DNA of 64,000 nt from Dehalococcoidia bacterium (GTDB lineage Bacteria > Chloroflexota > Dehalococcoidia > Lucifugimonadales > UBA3495). The DNA lies in the NCBI GenBank assembly GCA_965197655.1, contig OZ240220.1, positions 71,508 to 135,507 of the forward strand, given 5' to 3'. The notes below the pieces were generated by a model. The model was not told where the DNA came from, searched no databases, and was given only the letters and a program-made list of their open reading frames with translations. The translations under genes and the position numbers were made by a program. Shown one piece after another: positions 36,300-45,721 of the stretch (within the stretch, counting starts at the first letter, position 1; every line of letters begins with the position of its first letter).

Positions 36300-37526
36300 T
36301 TGGCGCTGGTAGTGCATAAATACGGTGGCAGCTCGGTGGCGGACGCAGGGAAGATTCTGAACGTGGCCCGGCGCATCGGCGCAGTCAAGGACGGCGGCGC
36401 CGATATTGTTGCGGTGGCTTCGGCGATGGGCGATACCACCGATGACCTGATTGACCTGGCCCGCACCGTCTCCCCGGAGCCGGACCCCAGAGAACTGGAC
36501 CTGCTCCTTTCCACCGGGGAACTGGTATCCTGCACCTTGCTGACGATGGCGCTGCGTCATCTGGGCTATGACGCCATTACGCTGAGCGGCTTCCAGGCCG
36601 GTATTCACACCGACACAATGTACGGCAAAGCCCGTATCTACAGCATAGACCCGGCGCGGGTCAGGAGCGAACTGCTCGAGGGCAAAGTGGTCATCGTGGC
36701 CGGGTTCCAGGGGATAACCGACGACCTGGACATAACCACCCTGGGACGGGGCGGCTCCGACACTACTGCCGTAGCCTTGGCGGCGGCCCTGGAGGCCGAA
36801 CGCTGCGACATTTATACCGACGTGGACGGCATTTATACCGCCGACCCGCGGGTGGCTCCCAAGGCGCGTAAGCTGGCCGAAATCGGCTATGAGGAAATGC
36901 TGGAACTAGCCAGCTATGGCGCGAAAATGCACCCCCGGTCCATCGAACTGGGGGCGGCCTATCAGGTGCCGATTTACGTAGCATCCAGTTTCGGCGATGC
37001 GCCGGGAACTCTTATTCATCAGGTAGCGGAAATGAAGGGGATGGAAAACCGGGTCAAGGTAACCGGCATAGCCTACCAGTCCAACGTGGCGAAAATCACC
37101 GTACGGTCAGTACCGGACCGGCCCGGCGTGGCCGCCGCCCTGTTTGAGCCATTGGCCGGCGTGGGTGTCAGCGTTGATACCATTGTGCAGAACACTAGCG
37201 TGGAACGCTCCACCGACATCAGTTTCACCGTCACCCGCGCCGACTTGCCCCGGGCCCTGCGGGAAGTGGAAGCTGTTTTGGCAGAGTTGGGCGCGGCTGA
37301 GGTGGTCAGCGACTCGACCCTCGCTTCGGTTAGCGTGGTTGGTTCGGGGATGCAGAACACCCCCGGCTATGCCTCCCGTATGTTTCGGATTTTGGCCGAG
37401 GGGGGCATTAACATAGATATGATAACCACCTCAGAAATTCGGATTTCCTGTATTATCCGGGAAGAGCAGGTAGCCGACGCCGTCCGCTTGCTGCACCGGG
37501 GCTTCCAACTTGACGAGGGGGAATAA
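36300..37526 (+). CDS. lysC: aspartate kinase
   Basis: LALVVHKYGGSSV N-terminus, amino-acid kinase domain and two C-terminal ACT domains. TTG 36300 is preferred because track GTG 36261 lies inside the palindromic repeat. Confidence 0.9.
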   Translation: MALVVHKYGGSSVADAGKILNVARRIGAVKDGGADIVAVASAMGDTTDDLIDLARTVSPEPDPRELDLLLSTGELVSCTLLTMALRHLGYDAITLSGFQAGIHTDTMYGKARIYSIDPARVRSELLEGKVVIVAGFQGITDDLDITTLGRGGSDTTAVALAAALEAERCDIYTDVDGIYTADPRVAPKARKLAEIGYEEMLELASYGAKMHPRSIELGAAYQVPIYVASSFGDAPGTLIHQVAEMKGMENRVKVTGIAYQSNVAKITVRSVPDRPGVAAALFEPLAGVGVSVDTIVQNTSVERSTDISFTVTRADLPRALREVEAVLAELGAAEVVSDSTLASVSVVGSGMQNTPGYASRMFRILAEGGINIDMITTSEIRISCIIREEQVADAVRLLHRGFQLDEGE

Positions 37527-37546
37527 CCCCGCCCGCCCGTTAGTCC

Positions 37547-37680
37547 CAGGTCTATCGCATTTGGATTGCAGTCTATCCGTCGTTCCTGCGGAGGCAGGAA
37601 CCTAAAACCTTGAGAACAGAGGTTCCTGCCTTCGCAGGAACGACGCGACGAGGTCGTTTGCCCTCAAGTGCAATTGCCCG
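37547..37680. mobile_element. MITE type 1 copy
   Basis: CAGGTCTATCGCA ... TGCAATTGCCCG termini and a perfect twin hairpin core (CGTCGTTCCTGCGGAGGCAGGAACC / GGTTCCTGCCTTCGCAGGAACGACG). It begins 20 nt after the lysC stop. Confidence 0.75.
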
Positions 37681-37700
37681 CCGTTCCGCACGGAGGCTCC

Positions 37701-38432
37701 GTGACCCAGCCCTTTCTATCCGTCGTCATTCCGGCCTTCAACGAAGAAGCGCGTATCCTTTCCACTTTGGAGCAGGTTACGGCCTTTCTGAAAACCCGGA
37801 GCTATGCCTGGGAAATAGTGGTGGCCGATGACGGAAGCATTGACGCCACGGGGCAACTGGTATCCACCTTCGCCGCCGGCCAGCCGGAAATCCTGCTACT
37901 TTCCCTGGAGCACCGGGGCAAGGGCTGGGCGGTAAAACAGGGTATGCTGGCCGCCTCCGGCCAGTACCGCTTCCTCTGCGATGCCGACCTCTCCATGCCC
38001 ATTGAGCAAATAGAGCGGTTTCTCCCGCCCGGCGTTGATGGCGTGGATATTGTCGTGGGGTCAAGGGAAGTAGAGGGGTCCAGGCGCATCGGCGAGCCGG
38101 GCCACCGCCACCTGATGGGGCGGTTCTTTAACGGCCTGATTCAGGCTTTGGCCGTCCCTGGAATCCGGGATACCCAGTGCGGGTTCAAGTGCTTCCGGGG
38201 TGAGGCTGCGGAAAACCTGTTCCGGCGTCAAACGGTGGAGGGGTTCGCTTTTGACGTGGAGACGCTGTACCTGGGCCGCCGGCTGGGGCTGACGATCCGG
38301 GAGATAGGTATCGACTGGCATTACCGGGAGGGCAGCAAAGTACGGCCGTTCCGGGATTCCCTTGGCATGACTTGGGACGTTCTGAAAATCCGTTGCCGTT
38401 TGCGGAGTCAAGCCAAACCGGGCCAAAATTGA
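37701..38432 (+). CDS. GT2 glycosyltransferase (dolichyl/polyprenyl-phosphate glycosyltransferase-like)
   Basis: LSVVIPAFNEE, VADDGSID and LCDADL motifs. GTG 37701 is preferred because track GTG 37668 lies inside the MITE terminus. Confidence 0.82.
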   Translation: MTQPFLSVVIPAFNEEARILSTLEQVTAFLKTRSYAWEIVVADDGSIDATGQLVSTFAAGQPEILLLSLEHRGKGWAVKQGMLAASGQYRFLCDADLSMPIEQIERFLPPGVDGVDIVVGSREVEGSRRIGEPGHRHLMGRFFNGLIQALAVPGIRDTQCGFKCFRGEAAENLFRRQTVEGFAFDVETLYLGRRLGLTIREIGIDWHYREGSKVRPFRDSLGMTWDVLKIRCRLRSQAKPGQN

Positions 38433-38721
38433 AACATATCTGGGGGTTCGGCGTAATAGTTTGGTAATAAGCCCCGAGTATTCTTTACTCTCGTGGTGTG
38501 GCTTCGAATGCCGCTCTACCGCCGCTCTACTCACTGCCGAAAAGCAGGTCGAAAAGTCTGATTTTGGGAATTTTCTTAAATTATTGCCTAAAATGGACTT
38601 GACCGGAGGCTGGCTTATAGTGTAACAACTATGTATTAGTTTCGTTAATCAAGCAAAGCTGCACTGACCCTGAAGACGACCCATTTTTGTACTATTCTTA
38701 ATTTTCTGGAGATAAAACACA

Positions 38722-39504
38722 ATGGAAATGACCAGGACTGAAGACAAATCCAGGTTAAGGCGTGACTGGAGCAAGGAAGCTATCTCGCTGGCGTTGAAAG
38801 GGGAATGGCAGCGGGCCACCGAGGTTAATCAGGCCATTTTGTCCCTCTTCTCCGACGACGTGGATGCCATGAACCGGCTGGGTAAGGCCTTTATGGAGAT
38901 TAACGAATACGGCCGCGCCCGGGAGGTATTGAGCGAAGTGGTACTGAAGGCCCCCTACAACACCATCGCCAAAAAGAACTTGGCCCGTTTGGAGCAGTTG
39001 GAAAGTATCCCGGCCTCCGGCAAGCAAATCAGAAAAACGGGCAGCGTTCCCCGGCTGTTCATTGCCGAAAGCGGCAAGTCCGGCACTACGACGCTGCAAA
39101 AGCCGGCGTCGGCGAGCGTGGCAGCCAGCGTCGCCCCCGGCGAGCCGGCAAACCTGGTGGTGGAGAATAAGGTAATCCGGGTTTATGTGCGCGACGACGA
39201 GTATCTGGGTCAGGTGGAACCCAAGTTGGCCCGCCGCCTGATTCGGCTCATTGACGGCGGCAATCGCTACGAAGCCGCGGTTATGGGACTCAATGACTGG
39301 GGTATATCCCTGATTATCCGTGAGACCTATCGTCACCCCAGCCTGCACAATATCAGCTCCTTCCCCACCAGCAAGGGGGAGCACCGGGTTTACCTGGACA
39401 ATGACCTGCTCCGGTATCTGGAAGAGAATGAGCTGGATGATGACGAGGAAGAACCGATCATCTACCACGGGAATGGCGACGGCGATTCCGAGTGGGATGA
39501 ATAG
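38722..39504 (+). CDS. TPR-like N-terminal domain protein with uncharacterised C-terminal domain and acidic tail
   Basis: 260 aa. About 100 aa of TPR-like helices (AISLALKGEWQRATEVNQAIL..., NRLGKAFMEINEYGRAREVL). The C-terminal YLGQVEPKLARRLIRLIDGGNRYEAAV is reminiscent of HIRAN-type domains (weak). Tail is EENELDDDEEE. Confidence 0.6.
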   Translation: MEMTRTEDKSRLRRDWSKEAISLALKGEWQRATEVNQAILSLFSDDVDAMNRLGKAFMEINEYGRAREVLSEVVLKAPYNTIAKKNLARLEQLESIPASGKQIRKTGSVPRLFIAESGKSGTTTLQKPASASVAASVAPGEPANLVVENKVIRVYVRDDEYLGQVEPKLARRLIRLIDGGNRYEAAVMGLNDWGISLIIRETYRHPSLHNISSFPTSKGEHRVYLDNDLLRYLEENELDDDEEEPIIYHGNGDGDSEWDE

Positions 39505-39540
39505 GCGTTCTTTCCAGCCGTTGTCGGCAGCCAAAAGAGG

Positions 39541-39564
39541 GGCCGGGGAACTGCTTCCCCGGCC
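39541..39564. terminator. bidirectional terminator hairpin between convergent genes
   Basis: GGCCGGGGAA / TTCCCCGGCC stem with a 4-nt loop. T-rich runs lie on both strands (TTCTACTTT, and CCTCTTTTGG on the reverse). Confidence 0.5.
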
Positions 39565-39610
39565 TTCTACTTTCCCGATTCAAACTCGGGCCGGTCAGCC
39601 CGCACCTTGC

Positions 39611-40594
39611 CTAGTAGAGATGGCAGGATACCCGGTGTCCGGGAGCTACTTCCTTGTCCACCGGCACTTCCTCCGAGCACTTATCCATAGCAAAGGGACA
39701 GCGGGGATGGAACCGGCAGCCTGATGGAGGATTGATTGGCGAGGGAACCTCACCGGTCAACACTATCTCCTCCCGCACCAGGTCCGGGTGGGAGGGCAGG
39801 GCTGCCGAGAACAGGGCCTTGGTGTAGGGGTGGAGCGGGTTCTGGTATAGCTCTTCCGTTTCCGCATACTCCACGATTTGGCCCAGGTACATTACCGCGG
39901 TCTGGTGCGCCATGTAACGCACGGTAGCCAGGTTGTGGGCAATCAACAAGTAGCTTACGTTGTATTGGCCCTGCAAGTCCACCAGCAGGTTCATTATCTG
40001 GGCACGAATGGACACATCCAGAGCGGATACCGGTTCGTCCAGAACAATCATCTTGGGGAAGGAGGCCAGGGCGCTGGCCACGGCAATCCGCTGCCGCTGA
40101 CCGCCGCTGAACTCGTGGGGATAGTTGGTGGCCTGCTCGACGTGCAGCCCCACCTGGCTCATTACCTCGGCAACCCGCTCCTCTTTCTCCTGCTGGTTCA
40201 CCTGACGGTTTACCACCAGCGGCTCGGCGATGATGTCCCGCACCCGCATCCGGGGGCTGAGGGACGACCAGGGGTCTTGGAACACTGCCTGGACCGTGGT
40301 GCGGTAGTCTTGCAACTCCGAACCGCGGAAGTTCTGAATATCCTTGCCTTCCAGCAGTATCTCGCCTTCCGTGGGGCGTTCCAGCCGGAGCATTAGCTTG
40401 CTGGTAGTAGTCTTGCCGCAGCCGGACTCTCCCACCAAGCCCAGGGTTTCCCCTTGTCCAATCGAGAAACTGATTCCGTCCACGGCTTGGACGTACCCGA
40501 TGGTCTTCATCAGGATAAGCCCTTTGGTGACCGGAAAGTATTTCTTCAGATTACTTACCTGAATCAGGGTTTCATGTTCCGCCATTTCTACCAT
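39611..40594 (-). CDS. ABC transporter ATP-binding protein (OppF/DppF type)
   Basis: Walker [29 protein letters not shown] and [13 protein letters not shown] 40594 overlaps the upstream stop (ATGGTAG). Track start 40708 lies inside the upstream gene. Confidence 0.9.
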   Translation of the reverse strand: MVEMAEHETLIQVSNLKKYFPVTKGLILMKTIGYVQAVDGISFSIGQGETLGLVGESGCGKTTTSKLMLRLERPTEGEILLEGKDIQNFRGSELQDYRTTVQAVFQDPWSSLSPRMRVRDIIAEPLVVNRQVNQQEKEERVAEVMSQVGLHVEQATNYPHEFSGGQRQRIAVASALASFPKMIVLDEPVSALDVSIRAQIMNLLVDLQGQYNVSYLLIAHNLATVRYMAHQTAVMYLGQIVEYAETEELYQNPLHPYTKALFSAALPSHPDLVREEIVLTGEVPSPINPPSGCRFHPRCPFAMDKCSEEVPVDKEVAPGHRVSCHLY

Positions 40595-41595
40595 GATTCG
40601 TCCAACCTCCAACAGTCGGCAGTATGGCCTTCTTTGATGGTGAAAGAGACCGGGTATTCGGAGATGCAGCGGTCGCGGGCATATTCGCACCGGTCGGCAA
40701 ACCGGCACCCTTCGGGGAGATTAGACAGCAACGGCGGCTGCCCTTCAATCGAATACAGCCGATCGGTTCGCTCTTCCAGCTTGGGCACCGAGTCAATCAA
40801 AGCCCTGGTGTAGGGGTGAGAGGGGCTGTTGAAGATGTCCCGTACCGGTCCATTCTCCACGATCCGACCGGCGTACATCACCGCCACCCGGTCGCACATC
40901 CGGGCGACTACGCCGAAATCGTGGGTGATGAAAATGATAGCCAAGCCGGTCTCGGCCTGAATTTCCTTCAGGAGTCTCAAGTATTGCAACTGGATGGTCA
41001 CGTCGAGGGCGGTAGTTGGCTCATCGGCGATAATGACGCCCGGTTCGCAGGACAGCGCAATGGCGCCTACCACGCGCTGTTTCATTCCGCCGCTCATCTG
41101 GTGCGGGAAATCATCCAGCCGCCGTTCCGGGGCCGCAACGTTAACATTCCGTAGCGCTTCAACCGCCCGAGTAAGCATATTTTTGCGCCCCTCCCGCCGG
41201 GCCATTCCCAAGGCTTCCATCAACTGGTTGCCGATGGTAAATACCGGGTTAAGGGAGGTTTGGGGGTCTTGCAGAATCATGGAGATTTGCCGTCCCCGTA
41301 TCTGGCGCATCTCCTCATCGCTCTTTTGCAGTAAGTCGTCGCCGTTCAGCCGGATTTCGCCGCCTACGATACGGCCGGCCGGCGGCGGCACCAAGCGCAA
41401 CAGAGAAAGAGCGGTCATAGTCTTGCCGCAGCCGGATTCTCCCACAATTCCCAGGGTTTCGCCTTGCCGCAGGTAGAAGCTAACGCCGTCCACCGCTTTG
41501 ACGGTTGAATCGCGATTGAAGAAATAAGTTTGGAGGTCATCAACTTCCAGAATGACTTTGCTGGTGTCAACACTCATAGCAATAATTTCCTTCAA
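40588..41595 (-). CDS. ABC transporter ATP-binding protein (OppD/DppD type)
   Basis: [30 protein letters not shown] and HPYTRALIDSVP. Confidence 0.9.
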   Translation of the reverse strand: MKEIIAMSVDTSKVILEVDDLQTYFFNRDSTVKAVDGVSFYLRQGETLGIVGESGCGKTMTALSLLRLVPPPAGRIVGGEIRLNGDDLLQKSDEEMRQIRGRQISMILQDPQTSLNPVFTIGNQLMEALGMARREGRKNMLTRAVEALRNVNVAAPERRLDDFPHQMSGGMKQRVVGAIALSCEPGVIIADEPTTALDVTIQLQYLRLLKEIQAETGLAIIFITHDFGVVARMCDRVAVMYAGRIVENGPVRDIFNSPSHPYTRALIDSVPKLEERTDRLYSIEGQPPLLSNLPEGCRFADRCEYARDRCISEYPVSFTIKEGHTADCWRLDESW

Positions 41596-41779
41596 GTGGG
41601 GTATGGATGACCTTTTTCTCTACCGGCGCTTTAATACGCCGGCGCCGTTTCGGACGGACCGTTTCGGATGGATGGGAGAGAGCAGAATTGGGCTGGGCGG
41701 GGAAACTGCTCCGATTCGCTCCGAGACTGGCTGAAACCGATGCTCTGCAATAAGAACACCCAAGTTTCAGGTAGAAAGG

Positions 41780-41809
41780 AATATATACTAATGCGCTTTC
41801 TAATGTCAA
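41780..41809 (-). promoter_or_regulatory. likely promoter of the oppDF-like genes
   Basis: The minus strand reads TTGACA (41809-41804), 18 nt, TATATT (41785-41780), about 180 nt upstream of the start codon. Confidence 0.4.
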
Positions 41810-41837
41810 CCGGGCGAATGTGAGTCAATGTGAGTTA

Positions 41838-42157
41838 CAGGGCAAACTCCCTATTCACGTCGTTCCTGCGCAGGCAGGAACCTAAGGATACTCTGAATAA
41901 GTCATTGAACGCTAGCGCCTTCACCCGTCGTTCCTGCGAAAGCAGGAACCTCTGTACGTAACGTTTTAGGTTCCTGCCTGCGCAGGAACGACGGATAAGT
42001 GTAAACATCACGAGTCACGGACTTATTCAGAGGTTTCCTAAAACCCTGCAAACAGAGGTTCCTGCCTGCGCGGGAACGACGGATGGCTTGCAAACCAATT
42101 GGGTTCCTGCCTGCGCAGGAACGACGGATGGCCGGCAAACCAAATGCGATAGCCCTG
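41838..42157. mobile_element. 320-bp composite/nested cluster of type-1 MITE modules
   Basis: Outer termini are CAGGGCAA... and ...TGCGATAGCCCTG. Six hairpin units lie inside in mixed orientation (one inverted pair plus four solo units). Flanks are TGTGAGTTA (41829-41837) and AATGAGTTA (42158-42166), a 7/9 match. Confidence 0.7.
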
Positions 42158-42214
42158 AATGAGTTAAGTCCACCAGTGAGATTGTCTTCCGACCCCTTGC
42201 CCGCTCAGTTCTTG

Positions 42215-43822
42215 TTACGCCCGGCGCGCTCCTCGGGAACGGGCATCCAAGTCCATTGCGATTCTGGAACGGAAGGGGCGCACCCGGTTTTGGGCGGCGG
42301 TCACTCCCAAAGGCACAACGAACATGGCGCTTTTACCGGCGGCGTGCGGCGAGAAAAAGTCAGTCACCTCGTCGTCGTAGAAGGTCAGCCCGCTCGCTCC
42401 CAGACCCAGGGAATGGGCACTGAGGTACAGTTTCCCGCCGACAATGCCCGCTTCCAGTTGGGCCGCCCGGTAGCCCCGGTTACCGTAACATTGGAGGATT
42501 TGCGCCAGGTCGGCCATGAAGAACACTACTGCTGAAGCGTCGGCGGGCAAGGCCTGCTCAAAGCCGAGGTGTCCGGCCTCTTCCCGAAACGCTCCTTCCT
42601 TGAGTTGCGCCAGGCCCTTGTCTTTCGGAGAAAAGTAATAAGCGCCGGGGGCCAGGCCATCTACGGCGTTGGCGATGATGTAGAGGCTCAGGAGGCTGTC
42701 GCCGGAACCTCTTACCGAACCGTCCAGAAAATCGGACGGTACGCCCCGGGTGGAACAGTCCAAAATGGCGCCCAGGCTGGTGAAGGGAATTGGCGTCCGC
42801 TCGAACCGCCGGGTGGAGCCCCGTTCCTTAATGGTTTGGCCCAAAGAGTTGGAGGTCAAAAGGCCATCGCCGGCTCCCGGAAGCGGGTAAAAACCGCCGG
42901 GGATTGCCGGAACCGGGGAATTAAGCCCACCCCGACAGCCGGCAATTTCAGCAACGTCGGTCAGGAGAGTAGAGTCGTGGGTCTGACGTATTTCCGGGTA
43001 GTCAATCTCACCCGGCGCCGTAATTACCGAGGTTCCTCCCACTGGTTCCAACTGCCCGACGCCGGGGGCCGGGGAGACCGGCGCAGCATCCGAACCTACG
43101 GGGACAAGACAGGTGGCGGCTTCCTCCACGCCATCTATGCCGACTAGCTCGTTGACTCCTGAATCGAGGAAGGCATTCACCACTTGGGCGGGCAGCCCGG
43201 CAGCCGAGGCAGTGGCCAGCAGATTGGCGATTATGGTGCCGTTGTCCCAGAAGCAGTAGCGATAGCCGCGAGTCCGGTATTTCCAGGAACTACGCCAGAA
43301 AACGGTGGTAAAAATAATGGTAAAGGGGGACGCTGCAACTTGCGGATGCGCTCCGGCGGCGGCGGCCAACGCCGACCGGTAATCTCCCTCGCGCAGTTGG
43401 GTCAGGCTGAAGCGGTCCGGTGAGAAGTGATAGACCCCCGCCGCCAAACCGGGAATGTCCCGGCAGGCCAGGTAGGTTTCCACCGGGTACAACCCGCCGG
43501 CGGAGGCCGCGGCCCGGAAATGGACTTCCCCCGCCGTGCGAAATACCCCGGTCCTGATTACCCCGGCGGAAAAGTAAAGCAGTTGGGCCAGGGTGGACAG
43601 GCTTGGTTCCGGCCCGCCGGAGGGCTCAAAAGCGGATGGCGCAAAGGCGCTGACCGCCTCCAGAGTAGGGGTTGCCGGCAAGGCAAAGTCGGTAGGAAGG
43701 GGCAGCGTAGGCAGCCCGGAGTAGCTCTTGTAAAGGGGAGGCTTGTTAGCCAGGTTGATATAGGCCAACTTGGTGGATTCATGATAGGCCAGGGCTGCCG
43801 TGGTGTCGCGATTTTGCATCAA
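42215..43822 (-). CDS. SagB/ThcOx-type dehydrogenase, tandem nitroreductase-fold domains
   Basis: 535 aa. The N-terminal AYHESTKL motif of SagB-type dehydrogenase domains is followed by two nitroreductase-like halves. GGGAGGAG RBS lies 31 nt after the SBP stop. Confidence 0.75.
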   Translation of the reverse strand: MMQNRDTTAALAYHESTKLAYINLANKPPLYKSYSGLPTLPLPTDFALPATPTLEAVSAFAPSAFEPSGGPEPSLSTLAQLLYFSAGVIRTGVFRTAGEVHFRAAASAGGLYPVETYLACRDIPGLAAGVYHFSPDRFSLTQLREGDYRSALAAAAGAHPQVAASPFTIIFTTVFWRSSWKYRTRGYRYCFWDNGTIIANLLATASAAGLPAQVVNAFLDSGVNELVGIDGVEEAATCLVPVGSDAAPVSPAPGVGQLEPVGGTSVITAPGEIDYPEIRQTHDSTLLTDVAEIAGCRGGLNSPVPAIPGGFYPLPGAGDGLLTSNSLGQTIKERGSTRRFERTPIPFTSLGAILDCSTRGVPSDFLDGSVRGSGDSLLSLYIIANAVDGLAPGAYYFSPKDKGLAQLKEGAFREEAGHLGFEQALPADASAVVFFMADLAQILQCYGNRGYRAAQLEAGIVGGKLYLSAHSLGLGASGLTFYDDEVTDFFSPHAAGKSAMFVVPLGVTAAQNRVRPFRSRIAMDLDARSRGARRA

Positions 43823-43853
43823 GTCTCCTCCCGTATGGGGTCAGGGTAACCGG

Positions 43854-45683
43854 CTACTCGGAAAAGTAAACATAACGCAGCTTGGGTAATACCAGGGGAG
43901 TCAGCAAGTAGCCCTTGACGTTCGGTTTAATCAGGGCATAACCCTCGCCCCGGTTCCAGGTGGGTACCCACGGCGCATCCGCCAGAATCATTTCTTCAAT
44001 CCGGTTGTAAAGTTGAAACCGGGTTGCCTGGTCCGGTTCCACCCGGGCCTGTTCCAGCAGAGCGTCCACCTGCGGGTTGGAATAGTTGATGTGGTTGTTC
44101 TCGCTCTTGCTGTGAAACAGGATGTCCAGAAAGTTCTGCGGGTCGGGGTAATCGGCAATCCAACCGAATTCGTACATCTGGAAACGCTTTTGGTGCAAGT
44201 CTTGAATAAAGGTTGCATACTCGGTCTGCTGTATTTCTACGCGTACCCCCATATTCGCCCATTCCTGCAGCAACACTTCCAAGTGGAGGGGCAAGGCGGC
44301 GCCGAATCCGCTGGGTATGGAGAGGGTAATCAACGGCAAACTGTCCAGGCTGTCCCCGTAGCTGGACTCCGCAAGCAATTGCCTGGCTCTTTCCGGGTCG
44401 AACTCATAGCCGGCCAAATCAGGATTATATGACGGAAAACCGGGCGGGATGATGCTCTTGGCCGGGTTGACCAGGCCTTCGTACACAGTGGCGGCAATGG
44501 TCTGGCGGTCAAAGGCCAGGTTCAGGGCTTGGCGTACCTTGGGGTCGTCCAGAGGCGGTTCGTTGACGTTCATCCCGATGTAGAAAACGCTGAAATCCGG
44601 CAGCGAGCGGTGCAGTTCCAAATTCAAGGTACTGGCCGGGTCCTTAACCCGCTCCAAGTCGGCCAGGCCAACGCCGGTAACGTGTATCTCATCGTTCTCG
44701 TACATTATCATCCGGTTCCCACCGCTGAGGATGAACTCTACCTCATCCAGGTAAGGCGGCCCCAGGTGATACCCTTCATTGCGGGTCAACCGGATAATCT
44801 CGCCCAGCTCATACTCGGCCAAGTGGAAAGGGCCGGTGCCATTGGGCCGGTCGGTCCAGGTTCCCGCAGCGTTTACCACGTTGTCCCGGTCGAGAACAAA
44901 GCCGGTGGGGTAAGTCAGCTTGGCAAGAAAGTAGGACTTGGGAGCGTCAATGGTTAACGCCAGGGTATGGTCGTCAATTGCCTTTACGCCCGCAATGGAC
45001 TGGGCAATACCCTCCAGCCTGGCCGCCACTCCAACGATGTCGCCCAGGTATTGCTGGGCTACCGGAGCTTGGGTTGCCGGGTCGCTGGCCCGCTCCAGGG
45101 ACCAGCGCACATCCGCGGCGGTGACCGGCTTGCCGTCGTGGAACCGGGCGTCCCGCCGCAGGTGGAAGATATAGGTTCTTCCGTCCGGGCTTACCTCCCA
45201 ACTCTCGGCCAGGTCAGGGACGATGTTTAAGTCCGGGTCAATGGTCACCAGCCCGCCGAAAACTTCTACGATGATGCCCCCCGATCCCGCGTCGGTAGTC
45301 AGGTGGGGGTCCAGCGTGGGCGGGTCGGAATATAACCGGACTAACCGCCCGCCCCGCTTTATGGATGGGTCACGCAGGGCAGGCGCTGCTGCTACTTCCG
45401 CTGCTGCCGCTCTCGCTACTGTCGTCGGCGCTACGGTGGGTACAGCGCCGCCCGGACTATTGGGTGTTGGGGCCAGAGCAGCATTTTCTAACGAGGTGAC
45501 CGGGGGGAGAGTTGGTATCGGCGTGGCCGGAGTTGGCGCTGAACCGGCTGATTCTTGGGAAGCTGTGCGGGCTGTGGGCCGAGGAGAATCTGCCGGCTCG
45601 GCCGGCGCTGCGTCGGGAGAGGTGGAGCAGGCGATCAGAAACATTGCCCCCAGGACCAGGAATATCAGCCGGCGGATGCCCAT
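43854..45683 (-). CDS. ABC transporter substrate-binding lipoprotein, family 5 (peptide type)
   Basis: MGIRRLIFLVLGAMFLIAC lipobox, a Pro/Thr/Ala-rich linker, then the SBP_bac_5 body. ATG 45683 (AAGAGG upstream) is preferred to track 45725, which overlaps folB. Confidence 0.88.
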   Translation of the reverse strand: MGIRRLIFLVLGAMFLIACSTSPDAAPAEPADSPRPTARTASQESAGSAPTPATPIPTLPPVTSLENAALAPTPNSPGGAVPTVAPTTVARAAAAEVAAAPALRDPSIKRGGRLVRLYSDPPTLDPHLTTDAGSGGIIVEVFGGLVTIDPDLNIVPDLAESWEVSPDGRTYIFHLRRDARFHDGKPVTAADVRWSLERASDPATQAPVAQQYLGDIVGVAARLEGIAQSIAGVKAIDDHTLALTIDAPKSYFLAKLTYPTGFVLDRDNVVNAAGTWTDRPNGTGPFHLAEYELGEIIRLTRNEGYHLGPPYLDEVEFILSGGNRMIMYENDEIHVTGVGLADLERVKDPASTLNLELHRSLPDFSVFYIGMNVNEPPLDDPKVRQALNLAFDRQTIAATVYEGLVNPAKSIIPPGFPSYNPDLAGYEFDPERARQLLAESSYGDSLDSLPLITLSIPSGFGAALPLHLEVLLQEWANMGVRVEIQQTEYATFIQDLHQKRFQMYEFGWIADYPDPQNFLDILFHSKSENNHINYSNPQVDALLEQARVEPDQATRFQLYNRIEEMILADAPWVPTWNRGEGYALIKPNVKGYLLTPLVLPKLRYVYFSE

Positions 45684-45721
45684 ACTATGACCTCTTAATT
45701 TTCTTGAGCCGGCCAATCCGC

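Noticed and set aside
41838-42157. CRISPR-like look of repeated GGTTCCTGCCTGCGCAGGAACGACGG units with short spacers.
   Set aside because: The units occur in both orientations with irregular spacing, and they are themselves hairpins. They belong to the dispersed MITE family found at more than 10 other loci. No cas genes are present.
42215-43822. Thiazole/oxazole-modified microcin (TOMM) biosynthetic cluster around the SagB-like gene.
   Set aside because: There is no YcaO/cyclodehydratase, no E1-like docking protein, no precursor peptide ORF and no leader protease within the flanking 5 kb.
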